Under the pieces are notes generated by a model. The model did not search any database and had not been told where the DNA came from. It saw only the letters and a list, made by a program, of their open reading frames with translations. From positions 9,702,910-9,766,909 of the forward strand of contig NC_057718.1 in assembly GCF_004010195.1 (NCBI RefSeq): a DNA stretch of 64,000 bases, read 5' to 3'. Positions 13,273 through 24,984 of this stretch are shown one piece after another. The stretch comes from Chiloscyllium plagiosum. Taxonomy: Eukaryota. A program made the position numbers and the translations under genes. Every line of letters starts with the position of its first letter. Positions within the stretch are counted from its first letter, which is position 1.

Positions 13273-13590
13273 TCAATCTGGTTTATTTCAGGGTGTCATG
13301 GTGGCTCAGTGGTTCACACGCTGCCTCATAGTGCCAGAGACTCACATTCCGTTCTATGTGCAGTTTGCGCACAGTTCTCCCCGTGTCTGCATGGGTTTCC
13401 TCCCACAGTCCAAGTTAGGCGGATTGGCCATGGGAAATTGCCCCACGGTGTCCAGGGATGCGCAGGCTAGGTGGGTTAGCAGTGGGAAATGCAGGGTTAT
13501 GGGGATAGAGGGTGAGTCTGGGTGGGATGCTTTTCAGAGGGTCAGTGTGGACTCAATGGGCTTAATGGCCTGCTTCCTCATGATTCTATT
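13273..13590 (+). mobile_element. HE1-type SINE
   Basis: GGTGGCTCAGTGG head and body similar to other copies. Confidence 0.8.
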
Positions 13591-13959
13591 CAAAACTCTT
13601 TTTCAGCACAGTTCTGGACTGGATTCAAAGCTGTGTTTCTCTAGTGATTTGTATTTTTATTTGAAGGGGACAATATTATTTCAATGGGTGCGGTCACCAA
13701 TGAGGAGTTATCACTCGAAGTCTGCTGCTAAGAAGTAGGAAGAGAAAGTGGAAAATTGTCCTTATTCAGAAAGCTGCTGTCACATAGAATGAGAATGGTT
13801 GAGATAGAGATCCTGACCATTGGCAGATAAATGTTTGAAAATTCGAGGAAGGTGCATGGGGAGAGGATCAGATCAGTGGGATTATTCCAGTGGACTGTCA
13901 TTGCAGAGGGAACAAAGTGCCTGCTCTCTCTGTGCCAGACATTTACTCAATTCATTTAT

Positions 13960-14432
13960 AAGCTTGTGTTATGTTGAGGTTGTACAAGACATTAGTGAGG
14001 CCTCTTCTGGAGTATTGTGGTCACCCTGTTATAAGAAGGATATTATTAAGCTGGAGAAGATTCAGAAGAGATTTGCCAAGATGTTGTGAAGGAATATAGA
14101 GGGTTTGAGTTATAAGGAGGGGCTGGGTAGGCTGAAACTTTCCTAGGGTGGGAGATTTTGAGGTGAGAGAAGGAAGATTTTAAAAAAGACACGAGGGGCA
14201 ATTTTTCTTTTACACAGCGTGGTTCATGTGTGAAATGAACTTCAGAGGAAGTGCTGGATTCAGGTATGGTTATAACATTGAAAAGACATTTCGATAAGTA
14301 CGTGAATAAGAAATATTTGGAGGCATATGAACCAAGTGAAGGCAAGTGGGACTAGTTTCATTTGGGGTTATGGTCGGCATGGACTGGTTGGACTGAAGGG
14401 TCTGTTTCTGTACTGTTTGACTCGATGACTAT
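13960..14432 (+). mobile_element. CR1 LINE 3' fragment
   Basis: WSPCYKKDIIKLEKIQKRF; 3' UTR tail. Confidence 0.8.
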
Positions 14433-14809
14433 GGGGATATGGTGTCTGAGACCTCCCCTGTCAATCAGATACACACTGACACACACAGGCACAGACAGAC
14501 AGACACACACACAGTAAGTTCACTGTACAGTGAGCATGAGTTGTAGAATTTAAAAGCTCAGAAAGAGACCATTCAGCCCATCACATTGATGCTAGGTCTT
14601 TAATTGGAAGGCCCAATTTAATTCCATATCTCCACACTCTTTCCCCCCCACCCCCCTCCAAACCCGCTGTTCAAAAATGTATGATTGTCTTTGTAAAGTT
14701 ACTGAGGACTGGCCCCTGGAGGGGGGCAGTCTACGTATGGTCTCTATCACAGCTTTACACTCATCTCAAGCATCTTCCAGCCACTTGAGAATTTTTGGAG
14801 TGAGATCGA

Positions 14810-15030
14810 GGAAAGAGGCGCAATACAGTGTGTGCACAGCAAGATCCCACAAACAGGAATGATATCATGAGCAGATAGTCTGTTGATAGAGGGAGAACTT
14901 CTTCCCCCAGTTGCCCTACTGTCCTCAAAACCATGCTGTGGAATTTTATACATCCCATGTGGGTCAGACTGTCTCAGTTAAACACCTTCTGGGAAAAACA
15001 GCACCTTCCAACAATGCAGCACTGGAAGTG
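14810..15030 (-). mobile_element. Old Deu-domain-like SINE fragment
   Basis: gcacagcaagatcccacaaaca ... cagcaccttccaacaatgcagcact. Related segments at ~2690-2880, 6860-7075, 23740-24000, 27850-28120, 39400-39560, 41950-42110. Family name from memory. Confidence 0.55.
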
Positions 15031-15039
15031 AGTCAATAA

Positions 15040-15213
15040 GCGTGTTGCTGGAAAAGTAAATCCGGTCAGGCAGCATCCAAGGAGCAGGAGAGTCAACGTT
15101 TCGAGCATAAGGTCTTCATCAGGGAGTGCCTGTTCCCTGGATGCTGCCTGACCTGCTGCGCTTTTCCAGCAACACACTTTCAGCTCTGATCTGCAGACCT
15201 CACTTTCTCCTCC
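15040..15213. mobile_element. Mini inverted-pLTR PLE derivative with minus-strand hammerhead motif
   Basis: gtgttgctggaaaag...cttttccagcaacac inverted arms; reverse complement CTGATGAAGACCTTATGCTCGAAACGTT. Confidence 0.75.
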
Positions 15214-16756
15214 GTGAACCTTGAGTGTGATTTTCAAATCCTCAATCAAAATCCCTTCATGATTCGGAATACCTTTCTGTTGCAGGAGCAGGTTTCGGAA
15301 CTGTGATAGCCCACCTCCTTGTCCATAAACTGACTGACTGAGTGAGCCTTAGCCAGACTATAGCAACAACCAGAGCTGGGGTGTGTTGCGAACTTTTAAG
15401 AATGATTGAATGAATCATCAGCTGAGCATCTGTGCCTAATGAAATCACATATTGCAGGAATTGAAAAGCTAGCTTCCTGACTGTGGGAAATGGGTCCATT
15501 ATCTTCAGACATTAGGAGGAAGTATCAAGGCTGAGTCTGACTTTAATTCTATCAAACCATTTCTCATTAGCAACAAAAAGCATAGAGACTGAACATGCAC
15601 AGGAAGACCCTAATCATTCAAACTGGCTTCAGATTGACAAACAAGGCAATGTTTATTAACCACACAGTTCAGCCTGGTGTTCCCTTGGCTATAGGCAATT
15701 GAGGAGTGATCAAATCAACCTTTAAAAAAATTTGGTAGGTGAGACGAAGAAAAGCAAATTCTTTTGATTGAGGGAGGGGATGAGGATATTGTTGCAGTTT
15801 ACTTTAAGCAAGGGGCAGACATAAGTATTTCTGACATAAGGACATCAAGGCTATGGAGCTAAGATGAGTGGATGGAGTTAGAAGCGAATGGCGGAACAGA
15901 CTCAATGGGCTGAATGTCCTTCTTCTGCATACGTACACCCATGAACATGACCATGTACACCAGAAAGTGCAGCTTGCATTTATGTAGCACTTTTAGTGTG
16001 GTAAAATGTTGCAAGGCACTTCAAACAAAATCTGTCCCCCAGGCTACATGGGGAGACTCTGGGGCGTGTGACCCGAAAGTTCGATTAAAGGGCTACTTTG
16101 AAGGAGCATGTTGCAAATGGAGAGGCTGAGGGAGGGCTCCAGAGCTTAGAGCCCAGGGAACTGAAGGCACAGCAGCCACTGGTGGGGGAGATTGAAATCA
16201 AGACTGAAATTGGATGATTGTAGACCTTGGAGGATTAGAGGGCTGGAGGAGGTTCCAGAGATGAACACAGGGGGAGGAGAAGCATTGAGGCCATTGCAGG
16301 ATTTAAAATGGATAAATGTAAGGCCAGCATTTGCAACTTTCTCCCACTGTCCCCTGTTCTGTTGTTTCAGAATTCCCATTATAGGTGGATACTGGTTTTG
16401 AGGAAGACAAGGCCACAGAGAGTGTCAGAGGGACGTGGCAGGTTAAAAAGCTAAGTTTTACTCATTAAATCAATTGCTCAACTGCACAGTTTGCCTTTGA
16501 TTCTGCCCAGGAAGGGGATCCCAGGCTGGTTGGTAACTAACCTGTTAGTTCAAGTTGCTGATTCTAAGTTCACTGGAAGTTATGAAACTTCAGGTGACAC
16601 ATTTTCAAGAACAGGATGAGAATTTCAGCTGAAGTTAACCTTTGCGAGATGCTCTTAGTTAACCTGTTCTCCCCAGCACCAGCTTATGTCCCATAGTAAT
16701 GTAGGAATACAGAAACAGGAATAGGCCATTTAGCCCATTAAGCCTGTTTTGCCACT

Positions 16757-17160
16757 TATAGTCACAGAAACAGGCCCTTCGGTACAACTTGTCCCTGCCA
16801 ACCAGATATTCTAAATTAATCTAGTCCTACTTGCCAGCATTTGGCCCATATCCCTGTAAACCCTTCCTATTTATGTACTCATCCAGATGCCTTTTAAATG
16901 CTGTAATTGTACCATCTTCACCACTTCCTCTGGCAGCTCATTTCATACATGTACCACCCTCAGTGTGAAAAAGTTGCCCCTTAGCTCTCCTTTAAATCTA
17001 AACCCATGCCCTCTAGTTTTGGACCCCCCCCCCCCACCCTTGGGAAAATACCTTGACTATTCACCCTAACAATTCCCCTCATGGTTTTATAAACCTTTAT
17101 AAGATCACCCCAGCCTCTCCCTATAGCTCAAATCCTCCAATCCTGGCAACATCCTTGTAA
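16757..17160 (-). mobile_element. CR1 LINE 3' fragment
   Basis: Reverse complement of the 4706-5290 family. Confidence 0.8.
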
Positions 17161-17164
17161 ATAA

Positions 17165-17465
17165 TTAAATTCCCTACAGTATGGAAACAGGCCCTTCAGC
17201 CCAACAAGTCCACACTGACCCTCCAATGAGTAACCCACCTAGACCCATTCACCTACATTTACCCCTGACTAATGCACCTAACACTACAGGCAATTTAGCA
17301 TGGCCAATTTACCTAACCTGCAGGAAACCGGAGCACCCGGAGGAAACCCACATAGACACAGGGAGAATGTACAAACTCTACACAGACAGTTGCCCGAGGT
17401 GGAAATTGAACTCGGGTCCCTGGCACTGCGAGGCAGCAGTGCTAACCACTGAGCCACCGTGCCAC
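17165..17465 (-). mobile_element. HE1-type SINE
   Basis: Same family as 5705-6020. Confidence 0.85.
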
Positions 17466-17569
17466 TTCCTTTCTGAACCCTTTCGGGTTTCACAACATCT
17501 ACAGCAGGGAGACCAGAATGCCATCATAACGTGATCATGCAAGATCAGGCACCTCAAGCAGACTCTCAC

Positions 17570-17717
17570 CTTGTCAATAGTCTTCAGAATGGTACTGTAG
17601 TTGTTGAAGAAGTTGGTATAGTTTGTCAGTCTGGTGCTGAACTTCACAAAGACATCTCCCAGACACTGCGACGGACCCCACTCGCTGAGACGCTCTCTCA
17701 AGTCCCTCAGTAAACTT
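17570..17717 (-). CDS. ECT2L: ECT2L exon, DH domain (SLLRDLRERLSEWGPSQCLGDVFVKF...YTNFFNNYSTILKTIDK)
   Basis: 148 nt; donor AAG|GTGAGA. Confidence 0.96.
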
Positions 17718-17857
17718 CTGCAACATTCAGAAGAACAGTCATTGTTATTAGAATGGACAAGGAATATGACTAACCGAACTAACATGACTAATGTGAGTGT
17801 CACTGACAGAGCCAGCATTTGTCACACATCCTTAATCACCCTTAAAATGAGTGGCTT

Positions 17858-18208
17858 CATAGAATCATACAATCACTACAGCGTGGAAGCAGGCCATCTG
17901 GCCCATACCGACCCTTCGAAGAGCATCCCACCCAGATCCACCTCCCTCTGCTATTCCCATAACCCCACTTTTTTACCATGGCTAACCCACCCAGCCTGCA
18001 TGTTCTTGGACACTATTTAGCATGACCAGTCCACCCTAAGCTGTACATCTGTGGATTGTGGGAGGAAACCGGAGCACCCGGAGGAAACCCACACAAACGC
18101 AGGGAGAACGTGCAAACTCCACACAGAGGTTGCCTGAGGCTGGAATTTAACCCAGGTTCTTGGCGCTGTGAAGCAGCAGTGCTAACCATCAAGCCACTGT
18201 GCTGCCCC
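17858..18208 (-). mobile_element. HE1-type SINE
   Basis: Same head and body; CR1-like tail. Confidence 0.8.
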
Positions 18209-18516
18209 AAATGGCTTGTTAGGCCATTTCAGAGTTAACCCGTTGCAGGTAAGGATGGCAGATTTCCTTCCCTAAAGGGCATTATTGAACCAGGTAGGTC
18301 TTGGCAGCAATTCTTACACGTTCACTATTAAGCCAGTCTTTTTGTATTCCAGACTTATCTGACATGGTGGGATTGGAACCCATGCCCCCAGGGTGAGATT
18401 CTGATTTACTAGTCCAGTGACATTCCCACTCGACACTGTCTCACCTTCATGTATAGACTAAGGGTTACCTGTGCGTGAGATACAAGCTGGGATCTGAGTG
18501 AGGGGTTTAACTGATT

Positions 18517-18644
18517 CCTGAAGAAGGGCCTGTGCCCGAAACGTCAAATCTCCTGTTCCCTGGATGCTGCCTGACCTGCTGTGCTGTTCCAGCAATAAAG
18601 TTTCAACTTTGATCTCCAGCATCTGCAGACCTCACTTTCTCCTC
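18517..18644 (+). mobile_element. 128-bp solo pLTR starting at a hammerhead motif, with 12-bp TSD
   Basis: GTTTAACTGATT at 18505-18516 and 18645-18656; element begins CCTGAAGAAGGGCCTGTGCCCGAAACGTC. Confidence 0.85.
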
Positions 18645-18817
18645 GTTTAACTGATTTACACATACAATGATTCAGACGGAAAGATGGTGCATTTGATTAA
18701 AGTCTCAGCAAAGTTGACCCAAGGGACAGTCCCCAGTTCCCACTCTTACACCCTTCAGATACCACGGTGGTTTGATAACCTGTGCTATCCTGCTTCAATA
18801 AAGTATCAGGTGTGCAC

Positions 18818-19032
18818 CTGTTGAGTTCCAGGATCAAGAGGATATCAGAAAAGATGATATGGATATTGGCCATGCTCAAGACTGCACGGTTGGAAGCCAG
18901 TGCTGCTCTGAGCCGAACCCAGTAAATGTCTTTCACAATCTCCAGAGTCTGCACGTAATTTTGCTCGCTTGACAAGGTCTCCCTGGCAAACTGGGTCCGT
19001 TTCTCCACAAACTTGCCACGTGGACTTCTGTT
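18818..19032 (-). CDS. ECT2L: ECT2L exon, DH domain start ([31 protein letters not shown]...[14 protein letters not shown])
   Basis: DH conserved region 1 (E.L.SE..YV..L); 215 nt, phase 0 to 2. Confidence 0.96.
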
Positions 19033-19309
19033 CTAAGAAACAAGAGTGGGAAAGATTAAAGGGTAGGTGACAAGTTGGAAATAAAGGTTTATTTTTAAGG
19101 ATGTTAATTCTGTGAAATGTTGGCAGCACTGATTCACCCAACATTTACCGCCCACTCTCATTTGCTCTCAAATATAGGGTATGTAGGTGAGTTTGATCTT
19201 AGAGTAGGATAAAAGGTGGGCACAACATCGAGGGCCAAAGGGCCTGTACTGTGCTGTTCTGTTCTATGTTTTATGTTCACTCCCTCTCATGTGCCCTGAC
19301 ACTTGTCCT

Positions 19310-21717
19310 GACAGAGGCTGAGACCTGAATGTTCAGGTTGGGTTTTTTTAGATCTTTCAGAATGACAGGAAGCTAGGAAATGTTGGAGAGGTAGCAGTGC
19401 TAAGTAAGGATGACATTAATTTAATAGAGATTGCGATTAATTTAATCCTAAAGATTAATGTCTAGACCATTTCAGGTTGGAAGTCATTTGTGAATGTAGT
19501 TTATAGACCATCTGACAGTCACAGTACCATGGGACAGGGAATACAGGAAAATCTGATGGGAGCTCGTGAGCAAAGTATAACAGTAATCATGGGTTATTTT
19601 AGTTCTCATGTAGCAATTGGGTGAATCAGATTGGCAAAGGTAGCCTTGAAGATGGGTTCATAATGAATTTTCAGGACAGTTTTCAAGAGCAGCACATTTT
19701 TAGTGTCAACCAGAGTTGACTCTTGTAGATGTGGTAACATCTAATGAGACAAAATTAATTAAATAACTCACCGTGAAGATGCCACTTGGTAGCATTGATT
19801 GTAACATGATTGCATTTTGCATTCAGTTTGAGGGAGAGAAGTGTTAGTCTAAGACTAATGTTTTAAACTTTAAAAAGGTCAGTTATAAAGACATGAAAAC
19901 AATTGGCTAAAGTGAATCAAGGAATTAGGATAAAGGTTAGGTCAGTAAAGATGCAGTGGCAAAGATTTGAGAATATATTACTGAGGAAGTTAAAGATAGA
20001 AAAATACAACTCCATGAAGATTAGTGACAGTTCAGAAGATTGAACATTTTTTAAAAAAAGCAAACAATTTCTAAAAGATTAGTGAGAAGGGAAGAAGTTA
20101 AATATAAGAGATAGCTAGCTTGAAATATGAAAACATATACTGAGAGTTTCTACAGGAAAAGGAATAAGTAAAATGAGAGTGAGCCTGGGGAATTAATAAT
20201 GGAAAAGAAGGAAACGGTGGATGAATTGAACAGATATTATGTAGTTGTCACACTGTGGAGGATAGAAATGACAGCCTAGAAATTTGGAGTATTGTGTTCA
20301 GTTCCTGGCATCTTAGTTAAGGAAGGATGTTAAAGCTGTGGAGAAAGTGTAAAAGAGATTTACTGGAATGATTTCAGGAATAAGAGACTTTAGATTCAAA
20401 AGAAGATTAGAGAAATGGGGCTTATTCTCCTTGGAGCAGGGAAGATTAAGAGGTGACCTTATTGAGGTGTTCAAAATTATGAACAAGATTCATTTCAATC
20501 TTGAAATGAACAATGGGGAGTAGTTTCTTTACTCAGAGCAGTTGGGATTTGGAATGTGCTGCCTTGGAGGAGGTGGAGGTTTCGAAAGAGAGTTGGATAT
20601 ATATTTGAAAGTGATGAATTTACGGGGCCATGCAAAATGGGACTCCATTCCAATGGGACTCGGTCTCTCTTTCGGGAGCTGGTACAGACATGGTTTGTTG
20701 AATGGGCTCCTTCTGTACAGTAAAATTCTATGATTCTAAATCATTCTCAATCAGGAGGTGGAAGTGAAGAAGGAACTGAAACAAAGTACAATCACCAGGA
20801 GCAATTAAAAGCTTTTCAATAATGCGTTCGACAATGTTCCCCATGGGACCCTGGTTAGCAAGGTCAGGTCTCATGGTTTATAGGGAGAACTAGCCATTTG
20901 GATATAGAACTGGCTCAAAGATATAAGATAGATGGTGGTGGTGGAGGGTTGTTTTTCAGACTGGAAGCCTGTGCCACAAGGATCGGTGCTGGGTCTATTA
21001 CTTTTAATGATTTATATAAATGATTTGGATGGGAGTATTAGAGATGTAGTGGACTGTGAAGAAGGTTACCTCAGATTACAATGGGATCTTGATCAGATGG
21101 ACCAATGAGCTGAGGAGTTTAATTCAGATAAATGAGAGGTGCTGCATTTTGGGAAAGCAAATCTTAGCAGGACTTATACACTTAATGATAAGGTCCTAGG
21201 GCGTGTTTCTGAATAAAGAGACCTTGGAGTGCAGGTTCATAGCTCCTTGAAAGTAGAGTCGCAGGTAGATAGGATAGTGAAGAAGGCTTGCTTTCCTTTA
21301 TTGGTCGGAGAATTGAGTACAGGAGTTGGGAGGTCATGTTGCAGCTGTACAGGACATTGGTTCGGCCACTGTTGGAATATTGTGTGTAATTCTGCTCTTC
21401 TTCCTATCAGAAGGATGTCGTGAAACTTGAAAAGGTTCAGAAAAGATTTACAAGGATGTTGCCAGAGTTGGAGGATTTGAGCTATAGGGAGAGGCTGAAT
21501 AAGCTGGGGCTGTTTTCCCTGGAATGTCAGAGGCTGAGGGGTGATCTTATAGAGATTTGTAAAATCATGAGGGACGTGGATAGGATAAGTAGACACAGTC
21601 TTTTCACTGGGGTGGGAATCCAGACCTAGAAGGCAAAGGTTTAGGGTGAGAGGGGAAAGATATAAAAGGAACCTAAGGGGCAACTTTTTTCACGCAGAGG
21701 GTGATATGTGTATGGAA
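19310..21717 (+). mobile_element. Cluster of degenerate CR1 LINE fragments (endonuclease, RT, 3' regions), ending in a gap
   Basis: AFD.VPH-, VPQGSVLG- and LEKVQKRFTRMLP-type remnants. Confidence 0.75.
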
Positions 21718-22201
21718 NNNNNNNNNNNNNNNNNNNNNNNNNNNNNNNNNNNNNNNNNNNNNNNNNNNNNNNNNNNNNNNNNNNNNNNNNNNNNNNNNNN
21801 NNNNNNNNNNNNNNNNNNNNNNNNNNNNNNNNNNNNNNNNNNNNNNNNNNNNNNNNNNNNNNNNNNNNNNNNNNNNNNNNNNNNNNNNNNNNNNNNNNNN
21901 NNNNNNNNNNNNNNNNNNNNNNNNNNNNNNNNNNNNNNNNNNNNNNNNNNNNNNNNNNNNNNNNNNNNNNNNNNNNNNNNNNNNNNNNNNNNNNNNNNNN
22001 NNNNNNNNNNNNNNNNNNNNNNNNNNNNNNNNNNNNNNNNNNNNNNNNNNNNNNNNNNNNNNNNNNNNNNNNNNNNNNNNNNNNNNNNNNNNNNNNNNNN
22101 NNNNNNNNNNNNNNNNNNNNNNNNNNNNNNNNNNNNNNNNNNNNNNNNNNNNNNNNNNNNNNNNNNNNNNNNNNNNNNNNNNNNNNNNNNNNNNNNNNNN
22201 N
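21718..22201. other. Assembly gap (N); others at 28911-29627, 33893-34275, 40809-41183
   Basis: Runs of n, all inside young repeats. Confidence 1.
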
Positions 22202-22524
22202 CTCTATCCTAGGGAAAAGACCTTGTCTTTTCAACCTATCTATGCCCCTCATGATTTTATAAACCTCTAAGAGGTCATCCCTCAGCCTCCTACATCCTGG
22301 GAAACTAGCCCCAGCCTATTTGGCCTCTCCCTGTAGCTCAAATCCCAGTAACCCTTTCAAGCCACTTCAACAGTAAGAGCAAATGGAGTAACAAATTGGT
22401 ACAGATTGAGGGTTGGTAAGCTCACAAAAAGCAAAATGCAAGGTTAAATTGGTCATTTTCGGGGCAGCAAGATAAAGTGCGTGCCTCAGGGATCAGTGCT
22501 GTGCCCTGAACTATTTACATTCCA

Positions 22525-23580
22525 TATAGAGTCATAGAGATGTACAGCATGGAAACAGACCCTTTAGTCCAACTCGTCTATGCCAACCAGATATCCCAAA
22601 TTAATCTGATCCCATTTTCCAGCATTTGGCCCCTTTCCCTCTTAACCCTTTCTATTCATGTAACCAGAGTCTCTTTTAAATGTTGTAATTGTACCAGCCT
22701 CCATCACTTCCTCTGGCATCTCATTCCATACACGCATCATCCTCTGCATGAAAATGTTGCCCCTTAGGTCTCTCTTAAATCTTTCCCCCTCACCTTAAAA
22801 CACATGCCCTCCAGTTTTGGTAATATCCCCTACTCTGGGGAAAAGACTTTGACTATTCACCCTATTCATGTTCCTCATGATTTTATAAACCTCTGTAAAG
22901 TCATTCCTCAACCTCTGAAGAATCCAGGGAAAATAGCTCCAGCCTCTCCCTATAGCTCAAATCCTCCAACCCTGGCAACATCCTTGTAAATCTTTTCTGA
23001 ACCTTTTCAAGTTTCACAACATCCTTCTAATAGGAAGGAAACCAGAACTGAACATAGTATTCCAAAAGTGGCCTAACCAATGTCCTTTACAGCTGCAACA
23101 TGACCTCCCAACTGACAAATAAAAGCAAGTATACCAAATACCTTCTTCACTATCCTATCTACCTGCGACTCCACTTTCAAAGAACTATGAACCTGTACTC
23201 CAAGGTCTCTGTTCAGCAACACTCCTTACCATTAAGTGTAAAAGTCCTACCCTGATTTGCCTTTCCAAAACAGTTAAATTCACACAATACCAGGTTATAA
23301 TCCAACAGGTTTATTTGGAAGCACTAGCTTTCAGAGTGTGCTCCTTCAACCACCTGATGAAGGAGCAGTGCTCCAAAAGCTAGTGCTTCCAATTAAACCT
23401 GTTGGACTATAACTTGGTGTTGTGTGATTTTTAACTTTGTACACTCCAGTCCAACACTGGCTCCTCCACATCATGGTTTCCAGAACAGAACATCGCATTT
23501 ATCTAAATTAAACTCCACCTGCCACTCCTAGGCCGGAAGCTCACCTGATCAAGGTCCCGTTGGACACTGAGGTAGTCTTT
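22525..23580 (-). mobile_element. CR1 LINE 3' fragment interrupted by a PLE hairpin element
   Basis: Reverse complement of the CR1 3' region; insertion at ~23274-23475. Confidence 0.8.
23274..23475. mobile_element. Mini hairpin PLE derivative, family 2 (GGAGC-stem hammerhead)
   Basis: Inverted arms cacacaataccaggttataatccaacaggttt / aaacctgttggactataacttggtgttgtgtg; CTGATGAAGGAGCAGTGCTCC(A)AAAGCTAGTG; near-TSD tttccaaaacag/tttccagaacag. Confidence 0.8.
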
Positions 23581-24586
23581 TTAATGTCTGGATTAATGTC
23601 TGGTTGCTAACTTTGCTGGTGTCACCAAGGCAAGTAGGAAAGTAAGTTGTGTAGAGGACAAATTAATCTGCAAATGGACATTGATAGATCTGGGAAGCTT
23701 TCAACGTTGGGCTGATTTTGTAGTACAGTGGCTATTGTAGGAAACAGAGCAGGCAATTTGCATGCAACAAGCTCCCAAAACTATCTGAGCAGTGTCAGTT
23801 GATAGATATGTATTGGAGAGCCAGACATAACAGCCTTCACAATGAGTGTCAAGGGATCTTTCCTATTTATCTGAGAGTATGAACAATTTAACATTTCATC
23901 GAGAGCTGATACTTCTGTCTCTGCTACACTGGGACCATCAGCCTAGATTTTATGGTCAAGTCTTTGGAATGGGACTCAGAGCCAGAGGCCTTCCCCGTTG
24001 AACCATGTGTGATATCTGCAATCGCTTTGCAAATTCATTCCCCATCACGAAGCAGGGAACTCTGCAGAAGTCCAGAGGCAGTGGCCAGGCGGGTCACTGT
24101 AGGACCATGCAGTCATATTTATATGTCAAATTTGGTGAGAAATGTAGCTGCTTGGTTCTCAATATTCTTCTGCTGCTCAGTGTTGCCTGGACTGGAAATG
24201 TTTTAATCCAGTGCTGTGATTTCCCACCAATATTCAAAAGGAAATTCAGTGTAAACACTGGCACTAGGGATTAAAACTAACACTTATTGGACAATGGGGT
24301 AAGAACAGGGGAGTGGCACTAATGATATAGACCTTTCAAAGAGCCAGCTCAGGCAATGATGGCCCAAATGGCCTCCTCCTCTGTTGCATCCTTGTATGAT
24401 TCTTTTTGATTAAAGGCAGGTAGATAGATTCCTGATGAACAAAGGGTATTGGGGGATAGCAGAAAAGTGACATTGAGACTCCAGTTTGGGAGCCATGGTT
24501 GCAATGAATGGTGGAGAATGGACCACTCCTACCTCCCCTGTTCATAGGTTCACACATAGGCTGCGATGGTTTATGTGAGGACTCAC

Positions 24587-24676
24587 CGGGTGGATCAGCT
24601 CCTGCATGGTCTCCTCATGCTCCTGAAGTGGCTGAGAGTGAGGACTCAGACTCCCAGCTTCATCCACTTCCCCTTC
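24587..24676 (-). CDS. ECT2L: ECT2L exon (EGEVDEAGSLSPHSQPLQEHEETMQELIHP)
   Basis: Acceptor ctgttacag, donor CCG|GTGAGT, 90 nt phase 0; poorly conserved linker. Confidence 0.75.
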
Positions 24677-24737
24677 CTGTAACAGTGAACACAAAGGAAA
24701 ACAACATGCATGTGTGAAAGGATGAGGTGCAGAGTGT

Positions 24738-24970
24738 CTGCTGGGATAGTGACAGGGTGCGGTGTAGAGGGTGTGGCTGGGATAGTGACAGGGTGCGGTG
24801 TAGAGGGTGTGCTGGGATAGTGACAGGGTGCGGTGTAGAGGGTGTGCTGGGATAGTGACAAGGTGCGGTGTAGAGGGTGTGCTGGGATAGTGACAGGGTG
24901 CGGTGTAGAGGGTGTGCTGGGATAGTGATAGGGTGCGGTGTAGAGGGTGTGCTGGGATAGTGACAGGGTG
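24738..24970 (+). repeat. 35-bp minisatellite (CTGGGATAGTGACAGGGTGCGGTGTAGAGGGTGTG), ~6.5 copies
   Basis: Units start at 24741, 24777, 24812, 24847, 24882, 24917, 24952. Confidence 0.95.
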
Positions 24971-24984
24971 AGGGGCAGAGGATG

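Noticed and set aside
21641..22270. Long ORFs spanning N runs (also 28823-29732, 33759-34370, 40667-41357)
   Set aside because: Artefacts of assembly gaps translated as X.
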